Shown here piece after piece: positions 62,497-64,000 of a DNA stretch of 64,000 nucleotides. The stretch covers positions 2,176,001-2,240,000 of the forward strand of contig CAVTRC010000001.1 in NCBI GenBank assembly GCA_963737065.1, read 5' to 3'. The stretch is from Candidatus Eremiobacteria bacterium. Its GTDB lineage: Bacteria; Vulcanimicrobiota; Vulcanimicrobiia; Vulcanimicrobiales; Vulcanimicrobiaceae. Position 1 is the first letter of the stretch. Every line of letters starts with the position of its first letter. A program made the translations under genes and the position numbers. The notes under the pieces are model-generated. The model saw nothing but the letters and a program-made list of their open reading frames with translations, searched no databases and had not been told where the DNA came from.

Positions 62497-63240
62497 ATGC
62501 AGCGTCTTCTTTCTTTGGTTGCGGTGCTGTGCATCGCATTTTCTGCCTCGCCGGTAACCGCTTCGGCGGATCAGCCGGCTGCACAACGACATCTCGTGTA
62601 CGCCTTCGATGTCGGCATTCAAAACGACAGTCACAGCACCGATGCCGCGGTTCAAGGCACCGGTCAGGGAAACGGTGGAACCGTCACGGGTACAGGTGAT
62701 ACGCAGTATCTCGGCACGGGTTCCGACAAGGGTCAGATCATCGTCGACGTGCAAGGCGTCGAGCAGGATGGCGGACTCGTCGTGAACGTTGCCGAGAAGG
62801 CGCAGAACTATCGTACGGCCGCTCCGGTGACGTGCGTGGTCTATGCCAACACGAATGTCCTCTGCGGTACCGGCACGGTGAATCCGGAAGAAATGAGCGT
62901 GCTGCGCACGCTCTCGCCGCACTTCTTCGATCCGAGCGCGCTCGATGCAAAAAAGCATTGGCACGAGGGAAACGACGCCGCGGGTATCGGCATCGACTAC
63001 ACCGTTGCTGCGATGAACGGTGGTATCGTGACGATCAACGCGGAGCGTCAGGAGAAGTTTCAGGGGTCCACGCGCGGTTCAACGCAATCCACGGCGAAGT
63101 ACACGTACGACATGAATAAACTCATGCCGACGGCGATTTCCGAGTACACGACGATTCGCGAAGAAACCGGCCCGGGCCAATATTCAAACATTACGATTGA
63201 CTTGAAAGCGAATCTCGCGTCGGATACTGGAAAAGGCTAA
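62497..63240 (+). CDS. Secreted hypothetical protein
   Basis: Signal peptide; 247-aa ORF. Confidence 0.75.
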   Translation: MQRLLSLVAVLCIAFSASPVTASADQPAAQRHLVYAFDVGIQNDSHSTDAAVQGTGQGNGGTVTGTGDTQYLGTGSDKGQIIVDVQGVEQDGGLVVNVAEKAQNYRTAAPVTCVVYANTNVLCGTGTVNPEEMSVLRTLSPHFFDPSALDAKKHWHEGNDAAGIGIDYTVAAMNGGIVTINAERQEKFQGSTRGSTQSTAKYTYDMNKLMPTAISEYTTIREETGPGQYSNITIDLKANLASDTGKG

Positions 63241-63270
63241 CCTCTTGGAGGTGTTGACGACGACGTAAGC

Positions 63271-63284
63271 CGAACGAATGTTCG
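63271..63284. promoter_or_regulatory. LexA (SOS) box, GAAC-N4-GTTC type
   Basis: CGAACGAATGTTCG, 7 nt upstream of the lhr ATG. Confidence 0.75.
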
Positions 63285-63291
63285 GTTCCTC

Positions 63292-64000
63292 ATGCCGGCT
63301 TTTGACGCGCTGCATCCTGATGTCGCACGGTGGTGCGAAGCTCATCTCGTCGATCCGACGCCGCCGCAGCGCGACGCCATCGCGCCTGGAATCGAGCGCC
63401 GCAACCTCCTCATCTCCTCGCCGACGGGTACCGGGAAAACGCTCGCCGCATTCCTTCCCGTGATCTCGCGGCTCGCGCACGCGCGCGATCGCGATGAATT
63501 ATTTGCGCGGACCTACGCACTCTACATTTCGCCGTTACGCGCACTCGGCTACGACGTCGAGCACAATGTGCGCCGGCCGATGCGCGAGATGCATCTGCTG
63601 GAGCGGCCGAATACCGAACGTGCGACGCTGCGTCGAGGCCGCATCCGCGAAAAATTTGTGCGGACCGGCGTGCGAACGGGCGATACGCCGCAGCAAGAGC
63701 GGCGCCTCATGCTTTCCCGGCCGCCGCACATTCTGCTAACGACACCCGAATCGCTCGCCGTGATACTCGCGATGGAAAGCTACCGGCGCACGTTGCGTCT
63801 CGTCGAAACCGTTGTGATCGATGAAGTGCATGCGCTCGCCGGAAACAAACGCGGCGCGCAGCTATCGCTCGTGCTCGAATCGCTGGAGACGCTCGTGGAA
63901 CAGCCGTTCAACCGCGTCGGCTTGTCGGCGACGATCTCACCGCTCGATCGTGTCGCCCAGTTCGTTGCGGGAGCGCAACGGCCGTGCGACGTCATCGACC
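63292..64000 (+). CDS. lhr: Lhr-family ATP-dependent helicase, 3'-partial
   Basis: Manual translation: PTPPQ, SPTGTGKTLAAF, YISPLRAL, RTGDTP, TTPESL, DEVHAL..NKRG, GLSAT. Confidence 0.9.
   Translation, partial: MPAFDALHPDVARWCEAHLVDPTPPQRDAIAPGIERRNLLISSPTGTGKTLAAFLPVISRLAHARDRDELFARTYALYISPLRALGYDVEHNVRRPMREMHLLERPNTERATLRRGRIREKFVRTGVRTGDTPQQERRLMLSRPPHILLTTPESLAVILAMESYRRTLRLVETVVIDEVHALAGNKRGAQLSLVLESLETLVEQPFNRVGLSATISPLDRVAQFVAGAQRPCDVID

Overview
A GC-rich bacterial chromosomal segment. The gene content and the Gram-positive-type SOS box suggest a terrabacterial lineage, possibly Eremiobacterota/Vulcanimicrobiota (inference only). The window has three zones. (1) 1-10340: a FolK-FolE2/MptA fusion, secreted proteins and an ECF41-type sigma module, interrupted by a small decayed defence patch (truncated hicB, a frameshifted UDG-like gene, an hsdM pseudogene). 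(2) About 10345-27440: a visibly more AT-rich, decaying accessory island. It holds a half LanB plus an S41 peptidase, two Xre-RES toxin-antitoxin operons, several orphan antitoxin fragments, an IS481/IS110/IS21 pile-up, a DUF2252 pseudogene, and an unusual frameshifted fusion of a catalytically degenerate LigD-type primase-polymerase domain, a HARE-like HTH and an Mrr-like nuclease. (3) 27488-64000: mostly intact housekeeping and stress genes (xth, ECF/anti-sigma/cupredoxin operon, ndh, Mrp, hemL, patB-like, alkA, an ABC-2 system, lhr with a LexA box). This zone also has two non-coding repeat families: a 4 x ~74 bp REP-like tandem array and a twice-present ~180-200 nt multi-hairpin element with a compensatory base change. 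No tRNA, rRNA or CRISPR array was recognised. All family assignments are by motif recognition, not database search.
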